Source of the DNA: Sporichthyaceae bacterium
GTDB taxonomy: Bacteria; Actinomycetota; Actinomycetes; Prado026
NCBI GenBank assembly: GCA_031394045.1
Contig: JANMWN010000280.1
Coordinates: forward strand, 1-50,620
Length of the DNA stretch: 50,620 nucleotides
Direction of reading: 5' to 3'
Numbering within the stretch: the first letter of the stretch is position 1; the number at the start of each line of letters is the position of its first letter. The position numbers and the translations under genes are program-made. Positions 1 to 12,995 of this stretch are shown here, one piece after another. The notes beneath the pieces are model-generated. The model was not told where the DNA came from and searched no databases. It saw nothing but the letters and a program-made list of their open reading frames with translations.

Positions 1-2519
<2,519 letters not shown>

Positions 2520-2520
<1 letters not shown>

Positions 2521-3380
2521 TGGCCGCGGTCCAGGTACGCGGCGAGGTCCTGTCGATCCGCAGGGTCGGGGACTATCACGCGCTGACGATCGTGGCTCCT
2601 GGCATCGCCGAGGGGACCAGGCCCGGGCACTTCGTCGCGCTCGCGGTCGGGGGCAGCTCCGCGGCGACGCTGCTGCGGCGAGCCTTCTCGATCTACCGGG
2701 TCCAGGAGCGCGGCGTCTACGGCAGCACGGTCGAGATCGTCTTCGCCGTCCACGGCAAGGGCACCGCGTGGCTGGCCGAGCGCAGGGCCCACGACCCCGT
2801 CGACGTCGTGGGACCGCTCGGGCGGCCGTTCGCGCTGCCCAAGGAGCCGGTGACGGCCACGCTGGTCGGCGGCGGGTACGGCTCGGCCCCCCTGTTCAGC
2901 CTCGCCGAGCAGCTGCGGGCCCGCGGCTGCCGGGTCGACTTCGTGCTCGGCGCGGCCACCGAGGGCCGGCTGTTCGGCGCGCTCGAGGCCAAGCGGATGT
3001 CCACCCAGGTCTCGATCACCACGGTGGACGGCTCGCTCGGCGAGCGCGGCCGGGTGACCGACGTGCTTCCCGCCATGATCCGCCGCTCGGGTGCCGAGGT
3101 GGTCTATGCCTGCGGGCCGATGGGCATGCTCCGCGCGGTGCACACCATCGCCGAGGCGTACGGCGCGCACAGCCAGTGCGCTGTCGAGGAGTCGATGGCC
3201 TGCGGCATCGGGGTGTGCATGACCTGCGTGCTCCCGGTCATCGGCGACGACGGCCAGACCCGGATGCTGCGCTCCTGCGTCGAGGGCCCGGTCTTCCGCG
3301 GCGACCGCGTGCGCTGGGACGAGATCGGCACCATCCCGGCCGACACGGTCGGCGCTCCGGTCCCGGAGGAGGCCCGATGA
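2520..3380 (+). CDS. pyrK: Dihydroorotate dehydrogenase electron-transfer subunit
   Basis: ATG overlaps carB stop (TGATG); RRAFSI FAD motif, GGGYG, YACGP, 2Fe-2S motif MACGIGVCMTC...CVEGPVF. Confidence 0.93.
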
Positions 3381-4456
3381 CCCGGATGCGCATCACCACC
3401 GAGCGCCCGGGCACCCGGCCCCTGCCGGACGTCGACATGACCAGCACGTTCGGCGGTCAAGCCCTGCCCAACCCGATGCTGACCGCTTCGGGCTGCGCGG
3501 CGGCCGGGCGCGAGCTCGACCAGTTCTTCGACGTCAGCGAGATCGGCGCGGTCGTGACCAAGTCGATCATGCTGCGACCGCGTTCCGGGCGAGCGACTCC
3601 TCGGATGGCCGAGACCTCGAGCGGGATGCTCAACTCGATCGGGCTCCAGGGCCCCGGTGTGGACGCCTTCATCGACAACGACCTGGCGTGGCTGCGGCAC
3701 CGCGGTGCCCGGGCCGTGGTCTCCATCGCGGGCAGCAGCGTCGAGGAGTTCACCAAGCTGGCGCAGAGGCTGCGCAACAGCGACGGTGTTGCGGGCATCG
3801 AGGTCAACATCTCCTGCCCCAACGTCGAGGACCGCGGCCTGGTCTTCGCCTGCGACCCGCTCGCCGCCGCTGCCGTGATCACGGCGGTACGCCGCTCGAC
3901 GGCACCGGGCATCCCGATCGTGGCCAAGCTCTCGCCGGACGTCACCGACATCGTCGCCGTCGCGCGCGCGGTCGTGGACGCCGGGGCCGACGGCCTGTCG
4001 ATGATCAACACCGCCCTGGGCCTGGTGATCGACACCGACACGATGCGGCCCAAGCTGGCGGGCATCACCGGCGGGCTCTCCGGTCCCGCGATCCGCCCGC
4101 TCGCCGTCCGTTGCGTGTGGCAGGTCCACCAGGCGCTCCCGTCGGTTCCCATCGTCGGCATGGGCGGCATCCGTACCGGGCTCGACGCACTGGAGTTCGT
4201 CCTGGCCGGCGCGTCCGCGGTCGCTGTCGGGACGGTGATCTTCAACGACCCGTCGTCGCCGATCCGGGTCCTGCACGAGCTCCAGCGCGAGCTCGGCGAC
4301 CGGGGCTTCGACCGGCTGCAGGACGCGGTCGGCTATGCGCACCGGCCACCGCAGGCCCAGCCTCCGACCGCGGAGGAGCTGGCGGAGCTCGCGAGCAGTG
4401 CCGACGGAGCTCAGGGGTCTGACGAGGCCGAGACCGACGCGGCGGTCGACGCGTGA
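3377..4456 (+). CDS. pyrD: Dihydroorotate dehydrogenase family 1B catalytic subunit
   Basis: ATGA overlap; [42 protein letters not shown]. Confidence 0.95.
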   Translation: MTRMRITTERPGTRPLPDVDMTSTFGGQALPNPMLTASGCAAAGRELDQFFDVSEIGAVVTKSIMLRPRSGRATPRMAETSSGMLNSIGLQGPGVDAFIDNDLAWLRHRGARAVVSIAGSSVEEFTKLAQRLRNSDGVAGIEVNISCPNVEDRGLVFACDPLAAAAVITAVRRSTAPGIPIVAKLSPDVTDIVAVARAVVDAGADGLSMINTALGLVIDTDTMRPKLAGITGGLSGPAIRPLAVRCVWQVHQALPSVPIVGMGGIRTGLDALEFVLAGASAVAVGTVIFNDPSSPIRVLHELQRELGDRGFDRLQDAVGYAHRPPQAQPPTAEELAELASSADGAQGSDEAETDAAVDA

Positions 4457-5214
4457 CACAGGCCGCCAACGTGACCTCAGACGTGACCTCAGACGTGACC
4501 TCAGCAGGAACAGCCGCTCGCACCAAGGCGCCGATCGCGGTCGCCCTCGACGCGCCGGACCTTCCGACCGCGCTGCTCTGGGCGCGAGCGGTCGGGCCGT
4601 ACGTACGCACCCTCAAGGTCGGCCTCGAGCTCTACCTGCGCGACGGCGCTGACGCTGTCCGGGCGGTCGCCGAGGTGAGCGGCTGCGAGATCTTCCTGGA
4701 CCTGAAGCTGCACGACATCCCGAACACGGTCGCAGGTGCGGCCCGCTCGGTGGCGCCGCTGGCCCCCGCGTACCTCACGGTCCACGCGGCAGGTGGCAGC
4801 GCGATGATCGCGGCCGCTGCGCAGGCCCTGCCCGCCACGCGGGTCACGGCGGTTACCGTCCTGACCTCGCTCGATGGCGGCGACCTCGAGCAGATCGGCC
4901 TGGTCGGGCCGCCCATCGACGCCGTCCGCAGGCTCGCCGTCCTCGCTGTGGTGGCCGGTGCGAGGGCCCTGGTCTGCTCTCCGCAGGAGGTGGCCGCCGT
5001 ACGCGCCGAGGTGGGGCCCGACGTGGTCCTGATCACGCCGGGGATCCGCCCGGCCGGCGGTGACGTGGGCGACCAGGCGCGGGTGGCCACGCCCGAGCAG
5101 GCGCTCGCGGCCGGCGCGGACCTGCTGGTGATCGGGCGACCGATCACGGCTGCGGCCGACCCGGCGCAGGCGGCGCGCGCGTTGGCGTTGCTCTTGGCCG
5201 GACGGGAACAGTAG
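4453..5214 (+). CDS. pyrF: Orotidine-5'-phosphate decarboxylase
   Basis: [42 protein letters not shown]. Confidence 0.96.
   Translation: MTQAANVTSDVTSDVTSAGTAARTKAPIAVALDAPDLPTALLWARAVGPYVRTLKVGLELYLRDGADAVRAVAEVSGCEIFLDLKLHDIPNTVAGAARSVAPLAPAYLTVHAAGGSAMIAAAAQALPATRVTAVTVLTSLDGGDLEQIGLVGPPIDAVRRLAVLAVVAGARALVCSPQEVAAVRAEVGPDVVLITPGIRPAGGDVGDQARVATPEQALAAGADLLVIGRPITAAADPAQAARALALLLAGREQ
4469..4504 (+). repeat. 3 x 12-bp tandem repeat ACGTGACCTCAG in the pyrF N-terminus
   Basis: Read directly: 4469-4480, 4481-4492, 4493-4504; encodes (N/D)VTS repeats. Confidence 0.95.
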
Positions 5215-5291
5215 GTTCCGTACGCCCGAACAGCCCGAACAGCACCTGCCACCGACTGCCACCACCGGCCACGACCTGCGAGGACCCTGCG

Positions 5292-5612
5292 TTGGCGCTC
5301 CCGCCCCTCACCCCTGAGCAGCGAGCCGAGGCCGTGCAGAAGGCCGTGGCCGCCCGGCGTGAGCGCGCCCAGGTCAAGAACCGGCTCAAGCACTCCGGGG
5401 CGTCCCTGCTCGGCGTCGTGCGCGAGGGCCAGGACAACGACGTCATCGGCAAGATGAAGGTCTCCGCCCTGCTGGAGTCGATGCCCGGCGTCGGCAAGGT
5501 GCGCGCCAGGCAGATCATGGAGCGCCTCGGGATCGCCGAGACGCGCAGGGTCCGAGGCCTCGGCAGCAACCAGGTCGCTGCGCTCGAGCGGGAGTTCGGT
5601 GCCAGTTCCTGA
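5292..5612 (+). CDS. mihF: Actinobacterial integration host factor (mIHF/sIHF)
   Basis: [50 protein letters not shown]; pyrF-mIHF-gmk synteny; TTG start. Confidence 0.95.
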   Translation: MALPPLTPEQRAEAVQKAVAARRERAQVKNRLKHSGASLLGVVREGQDNDVIGKMKVSALLESMPGVGKVRARQIMERLGIAETRRVRGLGSNQVAALEREFGASS

Positions 5613-6180
5613 GCGTGCGGGCCTGACCGTCCTGTCCGGTCCCTCGGGCGTCGGCAAGAGCACCGTGGCTGCCTACGTACGCGACCATCACCCGAAGGTG
5701 TGGCTGTCGGTGTCCGCGACGACCAGGCGGCCGCGGCCGGGCGAGACCCACGGCGTCAACTACTGGTTCGTGAGCCCGGAGGAGTTCGCCGGCATGGTCC
5801 AGCGCGGGGAGCTGCTGGAGTACGCCGAGTTCGCGGGCAACTTCTACGGCACCCCGGGCGGGGCGGTGACCGACAAGCTGGCCGCGGGTACCCCTGTGCT
5901 GCTCGAGATCGAGCTGCACGGGGCCCGCCAGGTCCGCGCCTCCGCGCGGGAGGCGCTGCTGGTCTTCCTCGCACCGCCGTCCTGGGACGAGCTCGTCCGC
6001 CGTCTGGTGGGGCGCGGCACGGAGCGCGCCGACGTGATCGCGAGCCGGCTCGCGACGGCGCAGGTCGAGCTCGCGGCCCAGTCGGAGTTCGACGCAGTGC
6101 TCGTCAACGATGACGTGGAGGACGCAGCACGCCGGCTGGTAGCCTTGATGGGTCTGGAAGACGACGGCTCGAGCAGCTAG
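5599..6180 (+). CDS. gmk: Guanylate kinase
   Basis: [11 protein letters not shown]-loop, [26 protein letters not shown]. Confidence 0.96.
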   Translation: MPVPERAGLTVLSGPSGVGKSTVAAYVRDHHPKVWLSVSATTRRPRPGETHGVNYWFVSPEEFAGMVQRGELLEYAEFAGNFYGTPGGAVTDKLAAGTPVLLEIELHGARQVRASAREALLVFLAPPSWDELVRRLVGRGTERADVIASRLATAQVELAAQSEFDAVLVNDDVEDAARRLVALMGLEDDGSSS

Positions 6181-6222
6181 CTGCAGCCTGCGTCGTCCCT
6201 CAACCCTCTCGGAAGGCCCCGC

Positions 6223-6486
6223 GTGTCCGGTACCGTCGCCGCTCCCGAAGGCATCACCAACCCGCCGATCGACGAGCTGCTGTCCAAGGTCGACTCGAAG
6301 TACAGCCTGGTGCTGTACTCCGCCAAGCGGGCTCGCCAGATCAACGCCTACTACAGCCAGCTCGGCGAGGGCCTGCTCGAGTACGTCGGCCCGCTGGTCG
6401 ACACGCACGTACAGGAGAAGCCGCTGTCGATCGCGATGCGCGAGATCAACGAGGGTCTGCTGACCCTTGAGCACATCGAGCCCTGA
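6223..6486 (+). CDS. rpoZ: RNA polymerase omega subunit
   Basis: [39 protein letters not shown]. Confidence 0.97.
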   Translation: MSGTVAAPEGITNPPIDELLSKVDSKYSLVLYSAKRARQINAYYSQLGEGLLEYVGPLVDTHVQEKPLSIAMREINEGLLTLEHIEP

Positions 6487-6524
6487 CCACCCCCCGCTCC
6501 GATGCCCCCCGTCCCGAGGCTTCC

Positions 6525-7727
6525 ATGATCGTCCTCGGTGTCAGCGGGGGCATCGCCGCGTACAAGGCCTGCGAGGTCCTGCGTCGGCTGACCGAGGCCG
6601 GGCACGAGGTCCAGGTGGTCCCCACCGCCGCGGCCCTGGGCTTCGTCGGGGCGCCGACCTGGGCCGCGCTGTCCGGCCGGCCGGTGACCACCGAGGTCTG
6701 GGACGACGCCCACGAGGTGCCGCACGTCAGCATCGGTCGCGCGGCCGAGCTCGTCCTGGTCGTACCCGCCACTGCCGACCTGATGGCCAAGGCCGCGCAC
6801 GGGCTTGCTGACGACCTGCTCACCAGCACGCTGCTGACAGCGACCTGCCCGGTGGTGTTCGTCCCGGCCATGCACACCGAGATGTGGGAGCACGCGGCCA
6901 CCCGGGCGAACGTCGAGCTGCTCAGACGACGCGGCGCCGTCGTTGTGGAACCTGCGGTCGGACGGCTCACCGGTGCCGACTCGGGCAAGGGACGGCTACC
7001 CGAGCCGGCCTCGATCCTGGCCCTCGCGCGACGCGTGCTCGCCCGCGGGACGGCTGGCCCCGACCTGGCCGGACGTACCGTCGTCGTGTCGGCGGGGGGC
7101 ACGAGGGAGCCGCTGGACCCGGTGCGCTTCCTCGGCAACCGCTCGAGCGGGCGGCAGGGCTATGCCCTCGCCCAGACTGCCGCCGCGCGAGGCGCCAAGG
7201 TCGTGCTCGTCTCGGCCAACGTCGCCCTCGACGACCCGGCCGGGGTCGACCTCGTCCGCGTCAGCTCGGCGCACGAGCTCGGAGCCGCCGTGAGCATGGC
7301 CGCCGCCGATGCCGACGTGGTCGTGATGGCGGCTGCAGTGGCCGACTTCCGGCCGGTCGACCCCTCGTCCAACAAGATCAAGAAGGACTCGTCGGCGCCT
7401 ACCTCGATCGAGCTGGAGCGCACCGACGACGTGCTCGCTGGGCTGGTCGCCGCGCGGGCCGGTGCCGCGCCGCTGATCGTCGGGTTCGCGGCCGAGACCG
7501 GTGACGCTGGGCATTCCTGGCTCGAGCACGGCCGGGCCAAGCTCGCGGCCAAGGGCTGTGACCTCCTCGTCGTCAACCAGGTCGGTGACGGTCTCGGTTT
7601 CGAAGTCGCCGACAACGCAGCCGTCATCCTCGGCGCGGACGGCTCCGAGGTCGAGGTCGCCCACGGCCCCAAGGACGACCTCGCCGACGCCATCTGGGAC
7701 CTGATCGTCGCCCGGCTTCCCCACTGA
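6525..7727 (+). CDS. coaBC: Bifunctional phosphopantothenoylcysteine decarboxylase/synthase
   Basis: GVSGGIAAYKA, PAMHTEMW, GGTREPLDPVRFLGNRSSGRQG, AAAVADFRP, VGFAAET. Confidence 0.97.
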   Translation: MIVLGVSGGIAAYKACEVLRRLTEAGHEVQVVPTAAALGFVGAPTWAALSGRPVTTEVWDDAHEVPHVSIGRAAELVLVVPATADLMAKAAHGLADDLLTSTLLTATCPVVFVPAMHTEMWEHAATRANVELLRRRGAVVVEPAVGRLTGADSGKGRLPEPASILALARRVLARGTAGPDLAGRTVVVSAGGTREPLDPVRFLGNRSSGRQGYALAQTAAARGAKVVLVSANVALDDPAGVDLVRVSSAHELGAAVSMAAADADVVVMAAAVADFRPVDPSSNKIKKDSSAPTSIELERTDDVLAGLVAARAGAAPLIVGFAAETGDAGHSWLEHGRAKLAAKGCDLLVVNQVGDGLGFEVADNAAVILGADGSEVEVAHGPKDDLADAIWDLIVARLPH

Positions 7728-7736
7728 CTCAGCCGC

Positions 7737-7849
7737 CTGACCCAGATGGCACGCTAACCAGCGCGCCACGGGGCTTCCTTGCTCGTAACCACGCTTGGCC
7801 AGCCGGATTCAGGTTCTGCAGTCGGCCGTTAACGTGCCACTCGGGTCAG
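7737..7849. repeat. Imperfect 22-bp inverted repeat (REP/MITE-like element, 113 bp)
   Basis: Left arm CTGACCCAGATGGCACGCTAAC (7737-7758) vs reverse complement of right arm 7828-7849, CTGACCCGAGTGGCACGTTAAC: 18/22 identical; right arm contains the stop codon of the minus-strand DUF559 gene. Confidence 0.75.
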
Positions 7850-8715
7850 CCAGCCGCTGACAGCAGTCGCTTCACCGTCGCTATCACGTAGTCAGGACGG
7901 TTGAGGACATCGCTCCAGGAGAAGCGCACGACCCGGAAGCCTGCGCAGAGCAAAGCGTTGTGGCGCCTTCGATCGGCCTGGAACGAGGCGGCGTCTCGGT
8001 GGTAGGCGAAGCCGTCGGTCTCGACTACCAGCCGCTCGTCGCGAAAGAGGAAGTCGACACGAGCCACGAACGCCCCGTCGTAGATGCCGACTTGGAGCTC
8101 GGGCTCGAGACCGTGGGCAAGGAACAGGAGCCTGGTCACCGACTCCAGCGCGGACTCGGACCGATGGTCGACGAAGCCCGCAGCCCGTCGTGCCCGGGCG
8201 GAGCCGGGTCCGACGAGCACCTCTGTTGCCCTACCCAGCGCGTCCTCGGTCACAGCGCCAGCGCGCGCAGTCGAGTCGAGCAGCACCACGGCGTCGCGCA
8301 GCGGGAGCAGTCGAGCGCAGTCGATGACGGTGCGGAGCAGATCGGTGGTCGGTTGCCCGGACAAGTAAGTGATCTCGTGGGCAGGCACCGCGCCGCGGTG
8401 GATCCGGAGCCCTGCGGGAGGTGTTCGCCGTCGATGAGGCGAGATCACGTGAAGTCCTGGCGGTGCCATGAGGTCAAGGCCTAGCAGGCTTGCCGCGGTC
8501 GTGTGCGAGAGGGTCCCGAAGCGTGCGGCCAGTTCCAGCTCGGTGGACTCGTCTGGAGGAGGGCCGTAGAGGCCGGTGGCCAGCCGTCGGAGGAGTCCGG
8601 CGCGAGCGGCTCGGGTAATGCTCGATCGGCTGACGCCGCCACCCACGAGCTCTGAGGTCGAGACGACCTCAGAGGGGAAGCCCGCACCTGAGAGGGCTGC
8701 CTGCAATGACTCCAC
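7846..8715 (-). CDS. AbiEi-like N-terminal domain + DUF559 (Vsr-like, restriction-endonuclease fold) protein, ~289 aa
   Basis: N-terminal [24 protein letters not shown]; [11 protein letters not shown]; [13 protein letters not shown]; SESALES; C-terminal ARVDFLF...LVVETDG..YH...DRRR.N.L...GFRVVRF. Start placed at GTG 8715 because the longer ORF overlaps metK. Confidence 0.85.
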   Translation of the reverse strand: MESLQAALSGAGFPSEVVSTSELVGGGVSRSSITRAARAGLLRRLATGLYGPPPDESTELELAARFGTLSHTTAASLLGLDLMAPPGLHVISPHRRRTPPAGLRIHRGAVPAHEITYLSGQPTTDLLRTVIDCARLLPLRDAVVLLDSTARAGAVTEDALGRATEVLVGPGSARARRAAGFVDHRSESALESVTRLLFLAHGLEPELQVGIYDGAFVARVDFLFRDERLVVETDGFAYHRDAASFQADRRRHNALLCAGFRVVRFSWSDVLNRPDYVIATVKRLLSAAG

Positions 8716-8764
8716 GTCGCAGGATGCGGGCGAACTGCCGCTCTGCGTCCTGGTCAACACTGAT

Positions 8765-8802
8765 CTGTGGACGGCGGGTAGGCCAGGGAGCGGCTGTGGA
8801 CG
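8765..8802 (-). promoter_or_regulatory. Two CGTCCACAG direct-repeat boxes (DnaA-box-like) upstream of the DUF559 gene
   Basis: CTGTGGACG at 8765-8773 and 8794-8802, 29 bp apart; function inferred only. Confidence 0.4.
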
Positions 8803-8920
8803 AGCGGCCGGGGCGACCGTCGGCGCGCGGGGGTTTTCGGCTGGCCGGGCCGGGGCGGATAGACTAGGCGGGACGTTCGCGCCTGTGTTGGATCCCCCCT
8901 TCGAGCTGCTGGAGAGCACC

Positions 8921-10114
8921 GTGTCAAGTCGACTGTTCACTTCCGAGTCGGTAACCGAGGGCCATCCGGACAAGATTGCCGACCAGATCAGCGACACCGT
9001 CCTCGACGCGCTCCTCAAGGAGGACCCCACCAGCCGGGTCGCCGTCGAGACGCTGATCACGACCGGCCAGGTCCATGTCGCGGGTGAGGTGACCACCACG
9101 GCGTACGCGGACATCCCGACGATCGTTCGCGAGAAGATCCTCGAGATCGGCTACGACTCGTCCAAGAAGGGCTTCGACGGCCAGTCCTGCGGAGTCTCGG
9201 TCTCGATCGGCTCGCAGTCGCCGGACATCGCCCAGGGCGTCGACGACGCGTTCGAGGAGCGGTCCGAGGGCAGCATGGACCCGCTCGACCGCCAGGGCGC
9301 CGGCGACCAGGGTCTGATGTTCGGGTACGCCTGCCAGGACACGCCCGAGCTGATGCCGCTGCCGATCTGGCTGGCGCACCGCCTCGCGCAGCGGCTGTCC
9401 GCGGTGCGCAAGGACGGGACCATCCCGTACCTCCGCCCGGACGGCAAGACCCAGGTCACCATCGAGTACGACGGCACGAGGCCGGTCCGGCTGGACACGG
9501 TCGTGGTCTCCAGCCAGCACGCCGGCGACATCGACCTCGCGACGCTGCTGCAGCCGGACGTGGAGGAGTTCGTGATCCGGCCCGAGCTCGAGGGCCTGTC
9601 CATCGACACGAGCAACTTCCGGGTGCTGGTCAACCCGACCGGTCGGTTCGAGGTGGGCGGCCCCATGGGTGACGCGGGCCTGACCGGCCGCAAGATCATC
9701 GTCGACACCTACGGCGGCATGGCCCGCCACGGTGGCGGCGCGTTCTCGGGCAAGGACCCGTCCAAGGTCGACCGGTCCGCGGCGTACGCGATGCGCTGGG
9801 TGGCCAAGCACGTGGTGGCCGCCGGGCTCGCGGATCGTTGCGAGGTCCAGGTCGCGTACGCGATCGGCAAGGCGCACCCCGTCGGCCTGTTCGTGGAGAC
9901 GTTCGGCACCGGCTCGATCTCCGACGAGGACATCCAGCGCGCGGTGACCGATGTGTTCGACCTGCGGCCCGCCGCGATCATCCGCGACCTCGACCTGCTG
10001 CGGCCGATCTACGCACAGACGGCGGCCTACGGTCACTTCGGCCGGCAGCTCCCGGACTTCACCTGGGAGCGGACCGACCGGGTCGACGCCCTGCGCGCCG
10101 CTGCCGGCGCCTGA
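8921..10114 (+). CDS. metK: S-adenosylmethionine synthetase
   Basis: [42 protein letters not shown]; GTG start after GGAG. Confidence 0.98.
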   Translation: MSSRLFTSESVTEGHPDKIADQISDTVLDALLKEDPTSRVAVETLITTGQVHVAGEVTTTAYADIPTIVREKILEIGYDSSKKGFDGQSCGVSVSIGSQSPDIAQGVDDAFEERSEGSMDPLDRQGAGDQGLMFGYACQDTPELMPLPIWLAHRLAQRLSAVRKDGTIPYLRPDGKTQVTIEYDGTRPVRLDTVVVSSQHAGDIDLATLLQPDVEEFVIRPELEGLSIDTSNFRVLVNPTGRFEVGGPMGDAGLTGRKIIVDTYGGMARHGGGAFSGKDPSKVDRSAAYAMRWVAKHVVAAGLADRCEVQVAYAIGKAHPVGLFVETFGTGSISDEDIQRAVTDVFDLRPAAIIRDLDLLRPIYAQTAAYGHFGRQLPDFTWERTDRVDALRAAAGA

Positions 10115-10192
10115 TCCCACCGGCTCGCGGCTGTCCACAGCTCCACGGGTGCGCGCGGCGCGGCGTCTGCGTCCTGGTGTAGGACAGGGGCT

Positions 10193-12253
10193 GTGCCGGA
10201 GATGCCCGAGGTGACGGACGTGCCGCGCGACGAGCAGCTGATGCTCGTGCGCTCGCGCGTCCTGCGGGCCAGACCCAAGCCGCCTGAGGGGCTGGCCTCG
10301 GCTCGACCGGTGGCGCGCGTCGTCGTGGACCTCGGACTGGCGCACCTGGACAGGCCGTTCGACTATGCCGTGCCGGAGTCGCTCGACGAAGCGGCCCAGC
10401 CGGGCGTACGGGTCCGGGTCCGGTTCTCCGGCCAGCTGGTCGCGGGCTATCTGCTCGACCGGATCGACGCGTCCCAGCACCAGGGCCGGCTCGCGCGGAT
10501 CGACCGGGTGGTCTCGCCGGAGCCGGTGCTGTCCCCGACGATCGCCGGGCTCGCCCGCGACGTGGCCGACCGGTACGCGGGCACCGTCTCGGACGTCCTG
10601 CGGCTGGCGATCCCACCTCGGCACGCCAGGGTCGAGGGCGAGATCCCCAAGCAGAGGCTGCCCGTGCCGCCGGCCGCGGAGCCGGACAGCCCGGGCCCGT
10701 GGGACCGTTACCCAGCCGGCTCGGCGTTCCTGCGGGCGCTGGCCGCCGGCTCGGCGCCGGCCGCCGTCTGGACTGCACTGCCAGGCCCCACCTGGCCCAC
10801 CGAGCTCGCGCTGGCCGTCAGGGCCGCGCGGTCGGCCGGGCGAGGCGTGCTGGTCGTGGTGCCCGACCATCGGGACATCACGCGCGTCTCGGCTGCCATC
10901 GACGCCGTCTGCGGCGCCGGCGACCACGTGGTGCTGACCGCGGAGCTCGGTCCCGCCGAGCGCTACCGGCGCTGGCTGGCGGTCCGGCGCGGGCAGGTAC
11001 GCACGGTGCTCGGCACCAGGGCCGCGATGTTCGCGCCGGTCGCCGGGCTCGGCCTCGTGGTCGTCTGGGACGACGGCGACGACCTGCACTCCGAGCCGCA
11101 CGCGCCGTACCCGCACGTACGCGAGGTGCTAGCGATCCGGGCCGAGCGCGAGGGCACCGCGCTGCTGGTCGGGGGCCTGGCCCGTACCGCCGAGGGTGAG
11201 CTGCTGGTGACCTCCGGCCGGGCGCACGGGGTGCAGCCGCCGCGCGAGCAGCTGCGGGCATGCGCCCCGCTGGTCCGGGCCGCCGGCGACGACGCCGAGC
11301 TCGCCCGTGACCCCGCCGCCCGGACCGCCCGGCTTCCTACGCTCGCCTGGGAGACGGTGCGGGTCGGTCTCGAGAGCGGTCCGGTCCTGGTGCAGGTCCC
11401 GAGGCGCGGCTACGTCCCCAGCCTGGCCTGCGTCGACTGCCACGCGTACGCCCGCTGCACGTTCTGCAGCGGCCCGCTCGCGCTGCCCTCGCGTCGTGGG
11501 CTGGCGGCCTGTCGCTGGTGCGGGCGGACGGCCGGCGGCTGGCGCTGCCCGGAGTGCGACGGCACCCACTTCCGGGCCCTTGTCGTGGGCGCCGCGCGGA
11601 CCGCCGAGGAGCTCGGGCGGGCGTTCCCTGGCGTACCCGTACGCACCTCCGGGCGTGACGCGGTGCTCGCCAGGGTGCCGGACGAGCCGGCCCTGGTGGT
11701 GGCCACGCCGGGCGCCGAGCCGGTGGCCGAGGGAGGGTACTCGGCGGCACTCCTGCTCGACGGCTGGGCCCTGCTCGCCCGACCGGACCTGCGGGCCGAC
11801 GAGGAGGCGCTGCGCCGGTGGCTGACCGCGGCCGCCCTGGTCCGACCCGGCGAGGCCGGTGGCCGGGTCGTCGTGCTGGCCGAGGGCAGCCTGACCCCCG
11901 TGCAGGCGCTGCTGCGCTGGGACCCGGTCGGCGCCGCGAGCCGGGAGCTGGGCCAGCGCGAGCGGCTCTCGTTCCCACCGTCCGTACGCCTGGCGGCCCT
12001 GGTCGGCAGCGCAACCGCCGTCACCGACCTCCTGGCCGCCGCCGACCTGCCCAAGACCGCGCACGTGCTCGGGCCGCTGGCCCACGAGGGGCTGACCCGA
12101 GCGGGCGACCCGTTGGTGCGGGCGCTGGTCCGGGTACCCCTGGTCGACGGGCCGGCGCTGACGGCCGCGCTGAAGGCGGGGCAGGCGATCCGAAGCGCAC
12201 GCAAGGCCACCGACTTCGTGACCGTCCGCGTGGACCCGGTCGAGCTCGGCTGA
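10193..12253 (+). CDS. priA: Primosomal protein N' (actinobacterial type)
   Basis: HLDRPFDYAVP, four CxxC pairs, GAARTAEELGRAFP, VRVDP C-terminus; metK-priA synteny. Confidence 0.93.
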   Translation: MPEMPEVTDVPRDEQLMLVRSRVLRARPKPPEGLASARPVARVVVDLGLAHLDRPFDYAVPESLDEAAQPGVRVRVRFSGQLVAGYLLDRIDASQHQGRLARIDRVVSPEPVLSPTIAGLARDVADRYAGTVSDVLRLAIPPRHARVEGEIPKQRLPVPPAAEPDSPGPWDRYPAGSAFLRALAAGSAPAAVWTALPGPTWPTELALAVRAARSAGRGVLVVVPDHRDITRVSAAIDAVCGAGDHVVLTAELGPAERYRRWLAVRRGQVRTVLGTRAAMFAPVAGLGLVVVWDDGDDLHSEPHAPYPHVREVLAIRAEREGTALLVGGLARTAEGELLVTSGRAHGVQPPREQLRACAPLVRAAGDDAELARDPAARTARLPTLAWETVRVGLESGPVLVQVPRRGYVPSLACVDCHAYARCTFCSGPLALPSRRGLAACRWCGRTAGGWRCPECDGTHFRALVVGAARTAEELGRAFPGVPVRTSGRDAVLARVPDEPALVVATPGAEPVAEGGYSAALLLDGWALLARPDLRADEEALRRWLTAAALVRPGEAGGRVVVLAEGSLTPVQALLRWDPVGAASRELGQRERLSFPPSVRLAALVGSATAVTDLLAAADLPKTAHVLGPLAHEGLTRAGDPLVRALVRVPLVDGPALTAALKAGQAIRSARKATDFVTVRVDPVELG

Positions 12254-12305
12254 GGCGGGCCTCTTCCGGTCCGGCGGCTCCCAACACCTCGGGCACAATG
12301 GACCG

Positions 12306-12956
12306 GTGCCCGCACCTGCCTCCGCACCGCTGGACGCCGTCGTCTTCGACCTCGGTGGTGTGCTCGCGGACTGGGACCCGCGCTATCTCTATCGCGAGCT
12401 GTTCGACGGGGACGAGCTGGCCATGGACGAGTTCCTCAGCACGGTCTGCACCCCCGAGTGGAACCACTCGATGGACGCGGGCCGCGACCGCACAGAGGCG
12501 GTCGATGACCTGATCGGCCGGCACCCGGTGCACGCCGACCTGATCAAGGCCTGGGTCGACCGCTGGGACGACATGCTCGGCCCCGAGATCGAGGGGACGG
12601 CCGCCGTGGTGGCGCAGCTGCAGGCTGAAGGCACCCGGCTGCTCGCGCTCACGAACTGGTCGGCCGAGACCTTCCCGATGGCCCGCGAACGGTTCCCCTC
12701 GTTCGCAGCCTTCGAGGCCATCGTGGTCTCGGGGGAGCACGGCATCGCCAAGCCCGACCCGGCGATCTTCCGGCTGCTGGTCGACCTGCACGGTGTCGAC
12801 CCCTCGCGATCGGTGTACGTCGACGACCGGGCGAGCAACGTCCATGTCGCCGAGACGCTGGGCTTTCGGGGCATCGTGTTCACCGAGCCGGTCGCCCTGC
12901 GGGCCGGTCTCGGCGCGCTCGGTCTGCTCGGCGGGAGCGCCACGCACCGCCCGTAG
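12306..12956 (+). CDS. HAD-superfamily phosphatase/hydrolase
   Basis: VVFDLGGVL motif I, LTNWS, KPDPAIF, YVDDRASNV. Confidence 0.9.
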   Translation: MPAPASAPLDAVVFDLGGVLADWDPRYLYRELFDGDELAMDEFLSTVCTPEWNHSMDAGRDRTEAVDDLIGRHPVHADLIKAWVDRWDDMLGPEIEGTAAVVAQLQAEGTRLLALTNWSAETFPMARERFPSFAAFEAIVVSGEHGIAKPDPAIFRLLVDLHGVDPSRSVYVDDRASNVHVAETLGFRGIVFTEPVALRAGLGALGLLGGSATHRP

Positions 12957-12995
12957 ACTGGGTGGACGCTCGAGCGGCACCGAGGAGGGAGCACC

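Noticed and set aside
7846-8715. Calling the DUF559 gene a complete type IV toxin-antitoxin or defence system
   Set aside because: No AbiEii toxin, methyltransferase or other partner gene is adjacent.
8716-9114. N-terminal extensions of the DUF559 ORF (to 9114) and the metK ORF (from 8576)
   Set aside because: Mutually overlapping and without family motifs; homology begins at GTG 8715 (minus) and GTG 8921 (plus).
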